Shown here: positions 8,532 through 17,299 of the stretch, in pieces
Layout: every line of letters starts with the position of its first letter
How positions within the stretch are numbered: the stretch's first letter is position 1
NCBI GenBank assembly: GCA_964357925.1
Contig: CAYHMW010000004.1
Span: 1-62,536 of the forward strand
DNA length: 62,536 nucleotides
Origin: an uncultured Gammaproteobacteria bacterium
Lineage (GTDB): Bacteria; Patescibacteriota; Microgenomatia; UBA8517
Reading direction: 5' to 3'
Program-made: the position numbers and the translations under genes
The notes under the pieces: generated by a model
The model's database searches: none
What the model saw: the letters and a program-made list of their open reading frames with translations, nothing else
Told to the model about the DNA's origin: nothing

Positions 8532-8777
8532 TTGGTCATGAGCAACTATGGCAAAGGAAGCGTCCCGAGGGGCAGGCTAACTATCCCAATGCCCTATGTT
8601 TCACAAAGGAGGACAGAACATGGCATCTTAAGATGCCTTGCCAACTTTGACTGTGAAGACCAAAAACTAGCTGAGCAGCGCGTCACCGAAGCTTTCACTA
8701 TACCAATTCCAGATAACATTGCGCAGCTCATCAACAATATTTTAGCTAAGGAAGCCCAAATTCGAGGCTTCACCTAA
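8532..8777 (+). CDS. hypothetical protein (the ATG at 8538 is the more likely start)
   Basis: ORF track, with an AGAAGGA RBS upstream and its own terminator downstream. Confidence 0.5.
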   Translation: MVMSNYGKGSVPRGRLTIPMPYVSQRRTEHGILRCLANFDCEDQKLAEQRVTEAFTIPIPDNIAQLINNILAKEAQIRGFT

Positions 8778-8807
8778 GGCTACCAACATTAGGTAAACAG
8801 AATAAAA

Positions 8808-8846
8808 GCGCGCTCACAAGTAGCCTCAACTGAGCGCGCATTTTTA
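8808..8846 (+). terminator. intrinsic terminator
   Basis: 9-bp stem GCGCGCTCA/TGAGCGCGC followed by ATTTTTAT. Confidence 0.8.
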
Positions 8847-8941
8847 TAAAACTCCCCCTTGCAAAATTCCACTATAGGATATACAATACTCAGTATAAAG
8901 TTCGCAGCCGGATAACCGGCCTTTACAATAAGGAGGGTAAA

Positions 8942-9151
8942 ATGCCCAAAAGTACTTTAAGCCAAGTCAACCCTGCCCCGGCCAGCCTGCTGGATCGGGC
9001 CAGGCAAAATGGAAAAAAATGCCTGGCACACTGCCAACAGGTCGCCGAAAAAAGGCAAACGGACCTGAACCGCCAAACAGCGGCAGCAGTCGCCCGAGCA
9101 CGACAGAACTCGTTGATTACATCGATTTATTTTGATAGCCTCCCAGATTAA
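8942..9151 (+). CDS. hypothetical protein
   Basis: Strong RBS (aaggaggg) about 7 nt upstream of the ATG, and a terminator downstream. Confidence 0.55.
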   Translation: MPKSTLSQVNPAPASLLDRARQNGKKCLAHCQQVAEKRQTDLNRQTAAAVARARQNSLITSIYFDSLPD

Positions 9152-9161
9152 TTTTCTCACC

Positions 9162-9188
9162 GGGCCGCCACAGAGCGGCCCATTTTTA
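9162..9188 (+). terminator. intrinsic terminator
   Basis: Stem GGGCCGC/GCGGCCC, loop CACAGA, followed by a T run. Confidence 0.75.
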
Positions 9189-9254
9189 TGGGCAAAAAAC
9201 CGGTTTCTCCCCCCTCTACTCCTGTTTCTGATAAAATACCGGAAGAATACACAT

Positions 9255-9307
9255 AGGCCCGTAGTTTATCCTCGCCGTTCGCGAACGGCGGGATGAAATG
9301 GCATAAT
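9255..9307 (+). pseudogene. decayed partial copy of the tRNA-Trp 5' end (acceptor strand plus D arm), itself interrupted by a GC hairpin
   Basis: AGGCCCGTAGTT (9255-9266) is identical to 9568-9579 of the intact tRNA-Trp. After a 30-nt insert containing the hairpin CGCCGTT-CGCG-AACGGCG, AATGGCA.AAT again matches the tRNA D loop. Confidence 0.6.
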
Positions 9308-9312
9308 CAAAC

Positions 9313-9558
9313 ATGTATTACGTTTATGTGTTGAGAGATGTCAACAGTAAGATATATATCGGCTATTCAGCAGACTTAAAAAAACGTATTAACCATCATA
9401 AAAGCGGCAGAGTCAAATCTACAAAGACAATGCTTGGAATACAACTCTTTTATTATGAGGCCTACATAAACAGGAGAATGGCCACAGAAAGAGAGAGAAA
9501 ACTTAAGACATTTGGCTCAAGCTACCAAGGATTAATGAAACGAATTGGATTGAAATAA
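9313..9558 (+). CDS. GIY-YIG nuclease family protein (small, YhbQ-like)
   Basis: MYYVYVLRDVNSKIYIGYSADLKKRINHHKSG... matches the GIY-(x)-YIG motif and carries the conserved downstream R/E positions. Confidence 0.8.
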   Translation: MYYVYVLRDVNSKIYIGYSADLKKRINHHKSGRVKSTKTMLGIQLFYYEAYINRRMATERERKLKTFGSSYQGLMKRIGLK

Positions 9559-9567
9559 ACCAACTTT

Positions 9568-9638
9568 AGGCCCGTAGTTCAATGGCAGAATAGAGGTCTC
9601 CAAAACCTTTGACGGGGGTTCGAATCCCTCCGGGCCTG
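9568..9638 (+). tRNA. tRNA-Trp(CCA)
   Basis: Hand fold. Acceptor AGGCCCG/CGGGCCT. Anticodon arm GAGGT-CTCCAAA-ACCTT. T loop TTCGAAT. Confidence 0.9.
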
Positions 9639-9848
9639 CAAATTTAATCAAACTTTCTCCACTCTAATTTCTCTAAGGTGAATTCAAATACCGGCTTTTC
9701 TTCTATTTTTCTTTTTCTTCTTCTGACATACTCTATCTATGAAGATCATTGCCACAATATATATAATATTAGTCTTGATAAGCTTCAAAAAACTCCTGAT
9801 ACTCTTGCTCAAAAAATATAAAAACTTTTAAAAATTACAAATCCTTCT

Positions 9849-11159
9849 TTATCTTCTTTGCCCATAAAAATCTTGCCTTTCTCTTCTAGCCACTTCCCAA
9901 ATCTTTTTTAATCCAAACCTGTAATTTGCATCAACATCCACCTCGTACTCTTTTCCTTCGATCGGTGCCGGGCGCAGCTTACCGACATAATAATTTATAC
10001 TACCTTCCTCCAAATACGCCGTGAAATGGCCAACCACAAGCTTACTCGGAAACCCACTTGTGAAATATTCATAAACTCCTCTCTTCTCTCGCCTACCCAT
10101 ATCCCCTCTAGGGTCAGCCAGAATTTTCAATCCCGTCTCAATGGATTGATCCGCATCTTCCTTGAGCCAATTAACTTCTTTTCCTGTTTCAGTAAGTCGC
10201 GCCTGCCGCTCTCGCATTTCAACATAAAGCTCTGCATCCCCTTTGCCCCATTCACTACGGTTTCTGGGAAAAGCCGCCTCAGAAAAATTTTGCATCTCAT
10301 CGTCCAGCGGACAATTCGCTTGGGCCACTATCAAACGATCTCCAATCCTAGCAGGCTCTAATACTTTTATTTTGTCTGCAGCGAACTCCACAGACGCTAT
10401 CTTTGGATGCTCACAAGCGCCTGCTAAATGTATCGCATAGCCCCCATCAAACTTGCCACCGGGAAGCTTCTCAATGTTTCTTACCAGCTCCTCCACAAGA
10501 CCAACTTCACCCAAATCCAAGGTCATAAAAGCCATTGCATTGGCCCATATTGGGCCCAACCCATATACAGAATTTATATACAGATCATCTACAGCTTGGA
10601 CCACACCTTTACTTACATTCACACCAAATGCTGGTCCCCAACTACAAAGACCTGGATAGGCAAAGAAACGAACTTCCTGATCAGGCAGCTCCATCCTCAC
10701 CCATTTATACCAATACTCTCCAGTATAGAATCCCGGATTAATATCCTCCTCAGAATGAACAAGCCTGATAATTCCAGTTTTACCATCTTGGACAAACAGC
10801 GATTGGCACCCAGCATCCAGTTCTGTTTGCAAAAACGCACATTCTGCACCACTTAAACCACTCCCTTCCATATATCCTGTAAAGCACTCAAGGTACCTGG
10901 CCAATCGATTCTCCCCACCTACCAAAAACTCTTCTTTTTTAGCCCAAAGCTTAAGCTCTGCAAGCTTTTGATCTGCGATCGCGAACGCTTTATCTTTCGC
11001 TGTCTGGCTTATACCTCGCATCTCATGATCAATAAATTTTCTGTTGATTTCTGCCATCTCGCGTCCAAGAATCACTGAAGCTTGATATAAGTTATCGGCT
11101 TTTATAGTCAAAACCTGGTTATCAGCAAAGCCCTTGCGTTTCCCCCATACCTTAATCAT
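9849..11159 (-). CDS. hypothetical protein, possibly a Cys-Ntn-hydrolase / peptidase-C45-like acyltransferase
   Basis: The motif ...DAGCQSLFVQDGKTGIIRLVHSEED resembles the G|C autoprocessing-site region of C45/Ntn hydrolases. This is a weak, by-eye match. Confidence 0.3.
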   Translation of the reverse strand: MIKVWGKRKGFADNQVLTIKADNLYQASVILGREMAEINRKFIDHEMRGISQTAKDKAFAIADQKLAELKLWAKKEEFLVGGENRLARYLECFTGYMEGSGLSGAECAFLQTELDAGCQSLFVQDGKTGIIRLVHSEEDINPGFYTGEYWYKWVRMELPDQEVRFFAYPGLCSWGPAFGVNVSKGVVQAVDDLYINSVYGLGPIWANAMAFMTLDLGEVGLVEELVRNIEKLPGGKFDGGYAIHLAGACEHPKIASVEFAADKIKVLEPARIGDRLIVAQANCPLDDEMQNFSEAAFPRNRSEWGKGDAELYVEMRERQARLTETGKEVNWLKEDADQSIETGLKILADPRGDMGRREKRGVYEYFTSGFPSKLVVGHFTAYLEEGSINYYVGKLRPAPIEGKEYEVDVDANYRFGLKKIWEVARRERQDFYGQRR

Positions 11160-11162
11160 TGC

Positions 11163-12188
11163 CTACAACTGTTTGGCATACTTTCCAAGAAGACTAATTA
11201 ACATATCCTCAAAACTCACCCCATGCATCGCCATGACCTCCGTCATCGGAAGACCCATATCCGGTCCAAACGCAGTATTCGGATTTGAATCTGTAAAATA
11301 AGGCGTACCGGTTTCGTTATCTACCCTAACATCAAACTTTGCGTAATCCTCATGATGCAGTCCATGAAAGGCTTTAATAGCAAGCTTCGAAATCCTATCA
11401 TAAAGCGCATCGTCGACAGGCTTGTATTTATAAGCATCTAAATCACGATACGATTCAAGACTTGTAAATTCATGTTTACCGTCCGCCTTCGATTTAAAAA
11501 CTTTTTCCCCCATTGCCACATGCCTTTTGGCACCGTCGTCAAAAACAATAACTGTAATCTCAGGCCCGTCGATAAACTCTTCAACTATAACCGGCAACTT
11601 ATAGGTAGAAATTAAATCATCTACCCTTTTATTTACTTCTTTTTCAGTTTCTTTAACCGCTTTATTATCAATCCCCACACTTCCCCCACTCTCATTGAGC
11701 TTCACAATACACGGATACTTAAGCTCGCTATCAAGTTCTGTACCAGCTCGCCTCACAAATTGAAAGTTGGGCGTAGGAATATCATAAGCAACCATAAGCC
11801 TTTTCGTTAAATTCCTATCGTTACCTATTACAAGGCCGGCAAGCCCTGCCCCAGTGTATTGAACACTAGCAAGCTCCAAGGCTGCAGGGACTGAAGATTG
11901 AAGTTCATCTTTGCCTCTAAGAGTATCAACGAGATTTAGTACCAAATTCGGCCTGTCAACTAATAAACAGGTTAAAAAATACTGGTCTCCCGGGACTCCT
12001 TTTGCCGGTACACCCAAATCGATGAGCACCTTCACTACATCTTTGGCACGCTCCTCTACCTCTACTTCTGCCTCATAAGCTTCTTTTGTGGGGAACATAT
12101 CTCGCTCAACATTAGAATAAGCAACGGTCACAAGATTTAATTTTTTAAGGATGTTCTTATCTTTGGATAATTTAATCTTCGCAGCCAT
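11163..12188 (-). CDS. ATP-grasp ligase, D-Ala-D-Ala-ligase-like
   Basis: Ddl-like ATP-grasp pattern: YPCIVKLNESGGSVGI, PVIVEEFIDGPEITV, FDVRVD...PYFTDSNPN. Start moved to the internal ATG (MAAKIKL) to avoid overlap with the upstream MFS gene. Confidence 0.7.
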   Translation of the reverse strand: MAAKIKLSKDKNILKKLNLVTVAYSNVERDMFPTKEAYEAEVEVEERAKDVVKVLIDLGVPAKGVPGDQYFLTCLLVDRPNLVLNLVDTLRGKDELQSSVPAALELASVQYTGAGLAGLVIGNDRNLTKRLMVAYDIPTPNFQFVRRAGTELDSELKYPCIVKLNESGGSVGIDNKAVKETEKEVNKRVDDLISTYKLPVIVEEFIDGPEITVIVFDDGAKRHVAMGEKVFKSKADGKHEFTSLESYRDLDAYKYKPVDDALYDRISKLAIKAFHGLHHEDYAKFDVRVDNETGTPYFTDSNPNTAFGPDMGLPMTEVMAMHGVSFEDMLISLLGKYAKQL

Positions 12189-12210
12189 CAAAATGATGAT
12201 ATCACAGACG

Positions 12211-13449
12211 CTACTTCCACCTCTCAATCTGCTTCTGAGGCAACTTCAATTTCTTGGGCAAGACAAAAAACAACATCAAACACATTACACTCATAGCCCC
12301 GCCAACGACAGAAAAGGTCATCTTTTCACCAAACTGACTTGCAATAAGTCCACCAAGCATGGGGCCAATAATATATGAAACACTGGTGGCAGAATTTGTT
12401 AATCCCACCAAATGAAGCCTTTGCCTCCCCATTCTGGCGATAACATCTGAGTACACCGCATCAATCAAGGGATATGAAAAAGCAGATAAACAACTAGATA
12501 TAAAAACTAAAAGCAAAATTAAGAAAACGCTATCACTTATTCCAAGCATCGCAAGAAGTAATCCAGAAGCCGCTAGTGACATTGTAGCCTTCCGCTTCTT
12601 GCCACTCACTATATTGAGTCTCATCACCCAAAAACCCATAAACAACGATGGGGCCATATAAACCGACAAAAAAAGTCCACCTAACCAACTGGTTTCCGAA
12701 AGCATATCAGCGTATACCGCCCCTACAGTCCAAAAGATTGCTTCGACGGTCCCCACCAATAAACTCAATACAACAACAGGCCACACACGCCAAAATAAAG
12801 CGATCCAATGGCCAACCTCAGCCGTAAAGTTTATATGCTTGAAGCTAACCTTTTCCTCCACACTTTTAGTCATCCCAAACAGCAAAATCAAATAATATCC
12901 GACAACGGCAAGAGTTATTGCAAATATGATCATTTGGCGATCACCCCACTTCAGTAATAAACCAGCTACGAATGGCCCAAGTGTATACGCCAAAGACCTG
13001 AATGTACTGATAAAAGCCCAAGTAGAAGCGTGTAAGGCCGATGGAACAGAATTTGCAACAAACTGTTGAGTAGCAAAGCCCAAAAATTCATAATAAATTC
13101 CCCACACTGCCATCCCAATTAAAAAAACGAAAACGTATGGAAACCAAGTGGCAGACAACATAAAGCCCGAAAATGCAAAGCTCGTCACAGCAGCTAATAT
13201 TATTAGCTTCACAGAGGATACATTCTTAAACATCTGAGGAAGGACGATATCAGCAAGTAATCCCACAATAGACGAAAATCCCAAAATAAACCCCATCCAA
13301 ACTGCACTATTTGTAGTATCTTGAATAAAAACAGGTACCCAATACGACAAAAGTGCATCTGAAAAATAAATAAAAAACAAAACAGAAGTCAAAGAAGTCA
13401 CCCGAATCCAAACCGGATCACGACTTATGACAAACCTTTTAATTTGCAT
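12211..13449 (-). CDS. MFS-type transporter
   Basis: 412 aa with about 12 hydrophobic segments and an MFS-like layout. Confidence 0.65.
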   Translation of the reverse strand: MQIKRFVISRDPVWIRVTSLTSVLFFIYFSDALLSYWVPVFIQDTTNSAVWMGFILGFSSIVGLLADIVLPQMFKNVSSVKLIILAAVTSFAFSGFMLSATWFPYVFVFLIGMAVWGIYYEFLGFATQQFVANSVPSALHASTWAFISTFRSLAYTLGPFVAGLLLKWGDRQMIIFAITLAVVGYYLILLFGMTKSVEEKVSFKHINFTAEVGHWIALFWRVWPVVVLSLLVGTVEAIFWTVGAVYADMLSETSWLGGLFLSVYMAPSLFMGFWVMRLNIVSGKKRKATMSLAASGLLLAMLGISDSVFLILLLVFISSCLSAFSYPLIDAVYSDVIARMGRQRLHLVGLTNSATSVSYIIGPMLGGLIASQFGEKMTFSVVGGAMSVMCLMLFFVLPKKLKLPQKQIERWK

Positions 13450-13589
13450 TTTTATTAATCCCTCTCTATCACCTCAAAGTGATACTTCCCTCCATATCTT
13501 TTCTGAAGTAATTCAGCAGTTTTGCGGTCCATTAATTCCTTATCCACAGCCCCAGTACCAGTTATCATCTTACCCAGATCCTTGCCCCC

Positions 13590-13886
13590 CTAAGCTGTCA
13601 AACCACCAGACGATCCTGTCAAATAAACATAGCCACCCCGCACTGCAGCCAACCCAGCATTTCTGACAAAAGTCCCCTGAGCCTTCTCTCTGTCTTTTGG
13701 ATCTATGAGTTGCCAATGACTAACCGCTTCTTCCAAACCAAAAACCACTTTCCCGTCTGGCATTTCAACATACTTATATAATTCGCCGTCTGTTAACTCA
13801 GGCAAATCTTCACCCTCACGCACAACGACACTTTCAGGAATTTTTTGACCGGACTCCACACCCAAAGAATTTTCAGCATCACTCAT
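13590..13886 (-). CDS. hypothetical protein; the reading frame stays open for 44 more codons past its TAG
   Basis: ORF track. My translation beyond the TAG at 13590-13592 gives GGKDLGKMITGTGAVDKELMDRKTAELLQKRYGGKYHFEVIERD*. Confidence 0.4.
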   Translation of the reverse strand: MSDAENSLGVESGQKIPESVVVREGEDLPELTDGELYKYVEMPDGKVVFGLEEAVSHWQLIDPKDREKAQGTFVRNAGLAAVRGGYVYLTGSSGGLTA

Positions 13887-13986
13887 TCTATATAAACTCT
13901 AAATCATTTATAGCGCTAAATGCAAATCATCAATAAAAAGCCAACAATACGGGAAAAATCACGTATGAAACTTGCAAATTGATTGA

Positions 13987-14016
13987 TTGACACGCCTTCA
14001 CAAAAAGGTTTAAATT
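13987..14016 (+). promoter_or_regulatory. sigma70-like promoter
   Basis: TTGACA (13987-13992), a 17-18 nt spacer, then TTAAAT/TAAATT (14010-14016). Confidence 0.45.
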
Positions 14017-14126
14017 AAAATAATATTACTACCGTGCAAAAACTACTCTCACTGCTCCACTTCGCTGACCCATGCCGAATGGTAAATAAGGGTCATCATT
14101 AAATTTATTTAAAGGGGGTGGTGACC

Positions 14127-14210
14127 ATGCCAGCAAAGAAAAAGAAGAAAGCAACAAAAAAGAAAGTTGTTAAAAAAACAGCAAAAAGGAAAACCAAAAA
14201 GAGAAAATAG
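14127..14210 (+). CDS. 27-aa lysine-rich small protein (MPAKKKKKATKKKVVKKTAKRKTKKRK)
   Basis: AAAGGGGG RBS 8-9 nt upstream of the ATG, and an intrinsic terminator directly downstream. Below the ORF-track size cutoff. Confidence 0.5.
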   Translation: MPAKKKKKATKKKVVKKTAKRKTKKRK

Positions 14211-14228
14211 TTCTCTTTCATAAGCTGA

Positions 14229-14262
14229 ACCAGCACTTGGATTTCAGGTGCTGGTTTTTTAT
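14229..14262 (+). terminator. intrinsic terminator
   Basis: Stem ACCAGCAC/GTGCTGGT followed by TTTTTTAT. Confidence 0.8.
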
Positions 14263-14352
14263 TTCATGTAGCCAAGGCGCTACCGCCACCATCCGCTTTA
14301 CTTTGGGATACACCATCACAAACAATAATAATCATCTGCTAAACTTAACATC

Positions 14353-15321
14353 ATGCCACCAGAAACCAAAGCCAATATCAATAATCCCCTTAATATCCCA
14401 GGACCAGAACTTACGAAACGAGATGAACCAGCACCTTTACCCAAATACAAAGACCCATATCTGAAACATAAAATTGCAGGTGCCATCATACTTCTCCTAT
14501 TTTTAGTCGGTATTTTGGGTAATGCACTCATCGGCGATGAAGCTCCAGAAGAAATAAAGGGCTTGATCTCACAAGCAAATAAACAACTCTCGAATCTACC
14601 ATTCCAATCACCACCCCCAACGCCAGAAATTGTAAAGAACCCACAAATCCACCATTTATATTTAGGATCAATCAACAACCAATCCGTAATCTACCGAACC
14701 GATGAAGAATACAAAGAGCTAAACAATGAAAGAAGGAGTGCCACAAACATCCCATACTTTGGCGAAGCACTAGATGCAAATAGCCAAAACTACAAAACAG
14801 TACCTTTCTCTGATATAGAAAAACCTATTGAGATTTTCTTCAACGAAGACATAACAATCAACAAAGTTGAACAATACTTTGTCAGTAGCAGTGATCCAAA
14901 CACAATTTTTCTCTCCATTATAAGTCCTGGATCAAGCATCAACTATGTCGGCATCACACAAAGGTTATACAAAACAAACAAGATGACAGGTGAATCCCGA
15001 TTAATTCTTGCCCATGAAGTTGGATCCGAAAAATACGATGGTGGCTACGGCAAAATCAAGATTGAAGAAGAATACGGACCATCCCACTTGCTATTGTCCA
15101 TTGTGCGATGCCTTACAGAAGACTGCATAGCAAAAGGACCGGTTGGACATATCGTAATAAACACACTCTCACGCGCAGAGCGCTACCATACGAGAGTTGG
15201 CGGCTTCCTGTTTCACCCTGACTCAAAAGAATACACTGTCAGAATCCTCATACCCTTCAGTGACGGTGATAAAAAATTCTACAAACCTATTGGTTCGGAA
15301 TCGAGGTTCACTCTTCCTTAA
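14353..15321 (+). CDS. hypothetical membrane-anchored protein
   Basis: ORF track, with one TM (IAGAIILLLFLVGILGNALI). Confidence 0.5.
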   Translation: MPPETKANINNPLNIPGPELTKRDEPAPLPKYKDPYLKHKIAGAIILLLFLVGILGNALIGDEAPEEIKGLISQANKQLSNLPFQSPPPTPEIVKNPQIHHLYLGSINNQSVIYRTDEEYKELNNERRSATNIPYFGEALDANSQNYKTVPFSDIEKPIEIFFNEDITINKVEQYFVSSSDPNTIFLSIISPGSSINYVGITQRLYKTNKMTGESRLILAHEVGSEKYDGGYGKIKIEEEYGPSHLLLSIVRCLTEDCIAKGPVGHIVINTLSRAERYHTRVGGFLFHPDSKEYTVRILIPFSDGDKKFYKPIGSESRFTLP

Positions 15322-15958
15322 ACTCAAAACTGGCGAGAATCTTCCTATAGACGCTTTCACCCTCCGGATAGCCATCAGGATCATACCCAAACCTAATTAC
15401 GTAGCTATCACCCAAGTGCATCGCGCGCGCTTCCCACAATTCCCCCTCCTTAATAATGTCATCCCTATAATTAAATTCGTAGCCAGATTCACCACCAATC
15501 AAGACATCGCCATAATACTTAGTAGCATCGAGGGTAGGCCAATAAGATGACTGACTCTCCCCACTATAAACAGAAACCGTCACAAAACCACCATTCCGGT
15601 AATACACATCATAAATTCCGTCAGCAATCTCCCGTTTATCCACAAGCATATCTGGATCAACCAATCCAAAATTTGAAATCAAGTCAGAAGTCAACTGAAG
15701 CTGCTGATTCTTCCAATCCTTGGGAACCTCAACACTGTAGTAACCATAAGGATCATCGACTCTAGCAACCTCGCCTTGGTATTCCGTCTTTTCAACACCA
15801 CCCACCTGAGTCTTATCCCGAACTATATATATCCCAAATCTTGGATATTTAATTTTCCAGTAAACCAGGAAAACACTGACCAAGCCAATTATCAAAAGCG
15901 AAATCTTGAGATACCTCCAAGTCCGCCCACTGAATCTTCCAGCAATTTTTTCCTTCAC
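15308..15958 (-). CDS. hypothetical membrane-anchored protein
   Basis: ORF track, with an N-terminal TM (ISLLIIGLVSVFLVYW). Confidence 0.5.
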   Translation of the reverse strand: MKEKIAGRFSGRTWRYLKISLLIIGLVSVFLVYWKIKYPRFGIYIVRDKTQVGGVEKTEYQGEVARVDDPYGYYSVEVPKDWKNQQLQLTSDLISNFGLVDPDMLVDKREIADGIYDVYYRNGGFVTVSVYSGESQSSYWPTLDATKYYGDVLIGGESGYEFNYRDDIIKEGELWEARAMHLGDSYVIRFGYDPDGYPEGESVYRKILASFEFKEE

Positions 15959-16003
15959 ACCAAATTATACACAATAATTCTTGCAAACCCACACCCCTCA
16001 GTC

Positions 16004-17035
16004 CTACGAGGGGTTTTTCAATCTTGCAATATTAGCGTCCACCAACATCTCAACCAATTCCTGAAAAGAAACTTTTGGTTTCCACCCCAACTTTTTCTTG
16101 GCCTTGCTTGAATCCCCAATCAGCGGACCAGTTTCAGTTGGCCTTACAAATCTCTGGTCCACATAAATGTAATCTTTGTAATTCTTTCCAACATAGGCGT
16201 ACGCTACTCGGCAAAGCTCACGAATCGTACGCGTCTCCCCAGTCGCAATCACATAATCATCAGGTTTAGTCTGCTGCATCATTAGCCACATCGCCTCTAC
16301 AAAATCCCCTGCATACCCCCAATCCCTCTTCGCAGCCAAATTCCCAAGCGCCACCTTACCGTTTTTCACCACAGGCTCACCCTCCTCATTTAGGTGTTGA
16401 CTATTTTCAATCCCAAGCTTAGCGCAAGCCGCAGCATATGCGACTTTCTGAGTCACAAACCCAAATCCACGCCTTGGAGATTCATGATTATAAAGAACCC
16501 CACAGCATATAAACATTCCATAACTTTTTCTATAAATACTTGCAATATTATGAGCATACAATTTTGCAGCTGCATACGGATTAGCCGGATTTGGAGCCGT
16601 TTTCTCAGATTGCGGAATTGCATTCACCCACCCGTACATCTCACTGCTGCTTGCCTGATAAATTTTTGCTTTAGGAACAATATCACGAGCAGCCTCAATC
16701 AATCGGTGCGCACCAACAGCAGTAATCTCAACTGTATGAATAGGTTGTTTAAAACTCTCAAGAGGCGAGCTCTGTGCAGCAAGATTATAAATCTCATCTG
16801 GCATAACTTTCTCGATAGCAGTAGATAGCGAAACCCCATCAATCAAATCCGCATAAACCAAATTCAACCGGTCTTGTATATGCTCAATATTTGCATGTTT
16901 AAAGTGGCTAGTCTTTCGCACAATTCCGGCAACCTCATATCCCTTTTGCAAAAGAAGCTCTGCCAAATAACTTCCATCCTGCCCAGTTACCCCGGTTATA
17001 AGTGCTTTTCTTTTTTTTCTGGCCGCCATGACCAC
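16004..17035 (-). CDS. gmd: GDP-mannose 4,6-dehydratase
   Basis: ALITGVTGQDGSYLAELLL, SSSEMYG, YAAAKLYA and the C-terminal GWKP... pattern are typical of Gmd. Confidence 0.9.
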   Translation of the reverse strand: MVMAARKKRKALITGVTGQDGSYLAELLLQKGYEVAGIVRKTSHFKHANIEHIQDRLNLVYADLIDGVSLSTAIEKVMPDEIYNLAAQSSPLESFKQPIHTVEITAVGAHRLIEAARDIVPKAKIYQASSSEMYGWVNAIPQSEKTAPNPANPYAAAKLYAHNIASIYRKSYGMFICCGVLYNHESPRRGFGFVTQKVAYAAACAKLGIENSQHLNEEGEPVVKNGKVALGNLAAKRDWGYAGDFVEAMWLMMQQTKPDDYVIATGETRTIRELCRVAYAYVGKNYKDYIYVDQRFVRPTETGPLIGDSSKAKKKLGWKPKVSFQELVEMLVDANIARLKNPS

Positions 17036-17101
17036 ATGAGTATATCAGATGCAGAATTAAAACTAGTCTGCTAAAATACAACCCAAAAGGAGGCGATATT
17101 T

Positions 17102-17299
17102 ATGGTAATGGTAAAAAAACTAAAAGGTGAATCCGAAGACAAGCTCATTGCACGCTTCAGAAAGAAAGTGCTTAACTCTGGCGTGATTTTGGAATACAAA
17201 GACCGCGAACGCTTTAAGAAAAAATCTGAGAGAAGAAAAGAGCAAAAGTACAGGATCCGTCACCAAATAGAAATCGAGAAAAAACGAGAGGCTAGATAA
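17102..17299 (+). CDS. rpsU: 30S ribosomal protein S21
   Basis: AAGGAGG RBS. The sequence ...GESEDKLIARFRKKV...EYKDRERFKKKSERRKEQK is S21-like. Confidence 0.85.
   Translation: MVMVKKLKGESEDKLIARFRKKVLNSGVILEYKDRERFKKKSERRKEQKYRIRHQIEIEKKREAR

Noticed and set aside
12189-12227. The N-terminal 13-codon extension of the ATP-grasp ORF (MRGGSSVCDIIIL), which overlaps the MFS gene.
   Set aside because: The internal ATG (MAAKIKL) removes the 17-nt overlap and gives a typical start. The extension is probably not translated.
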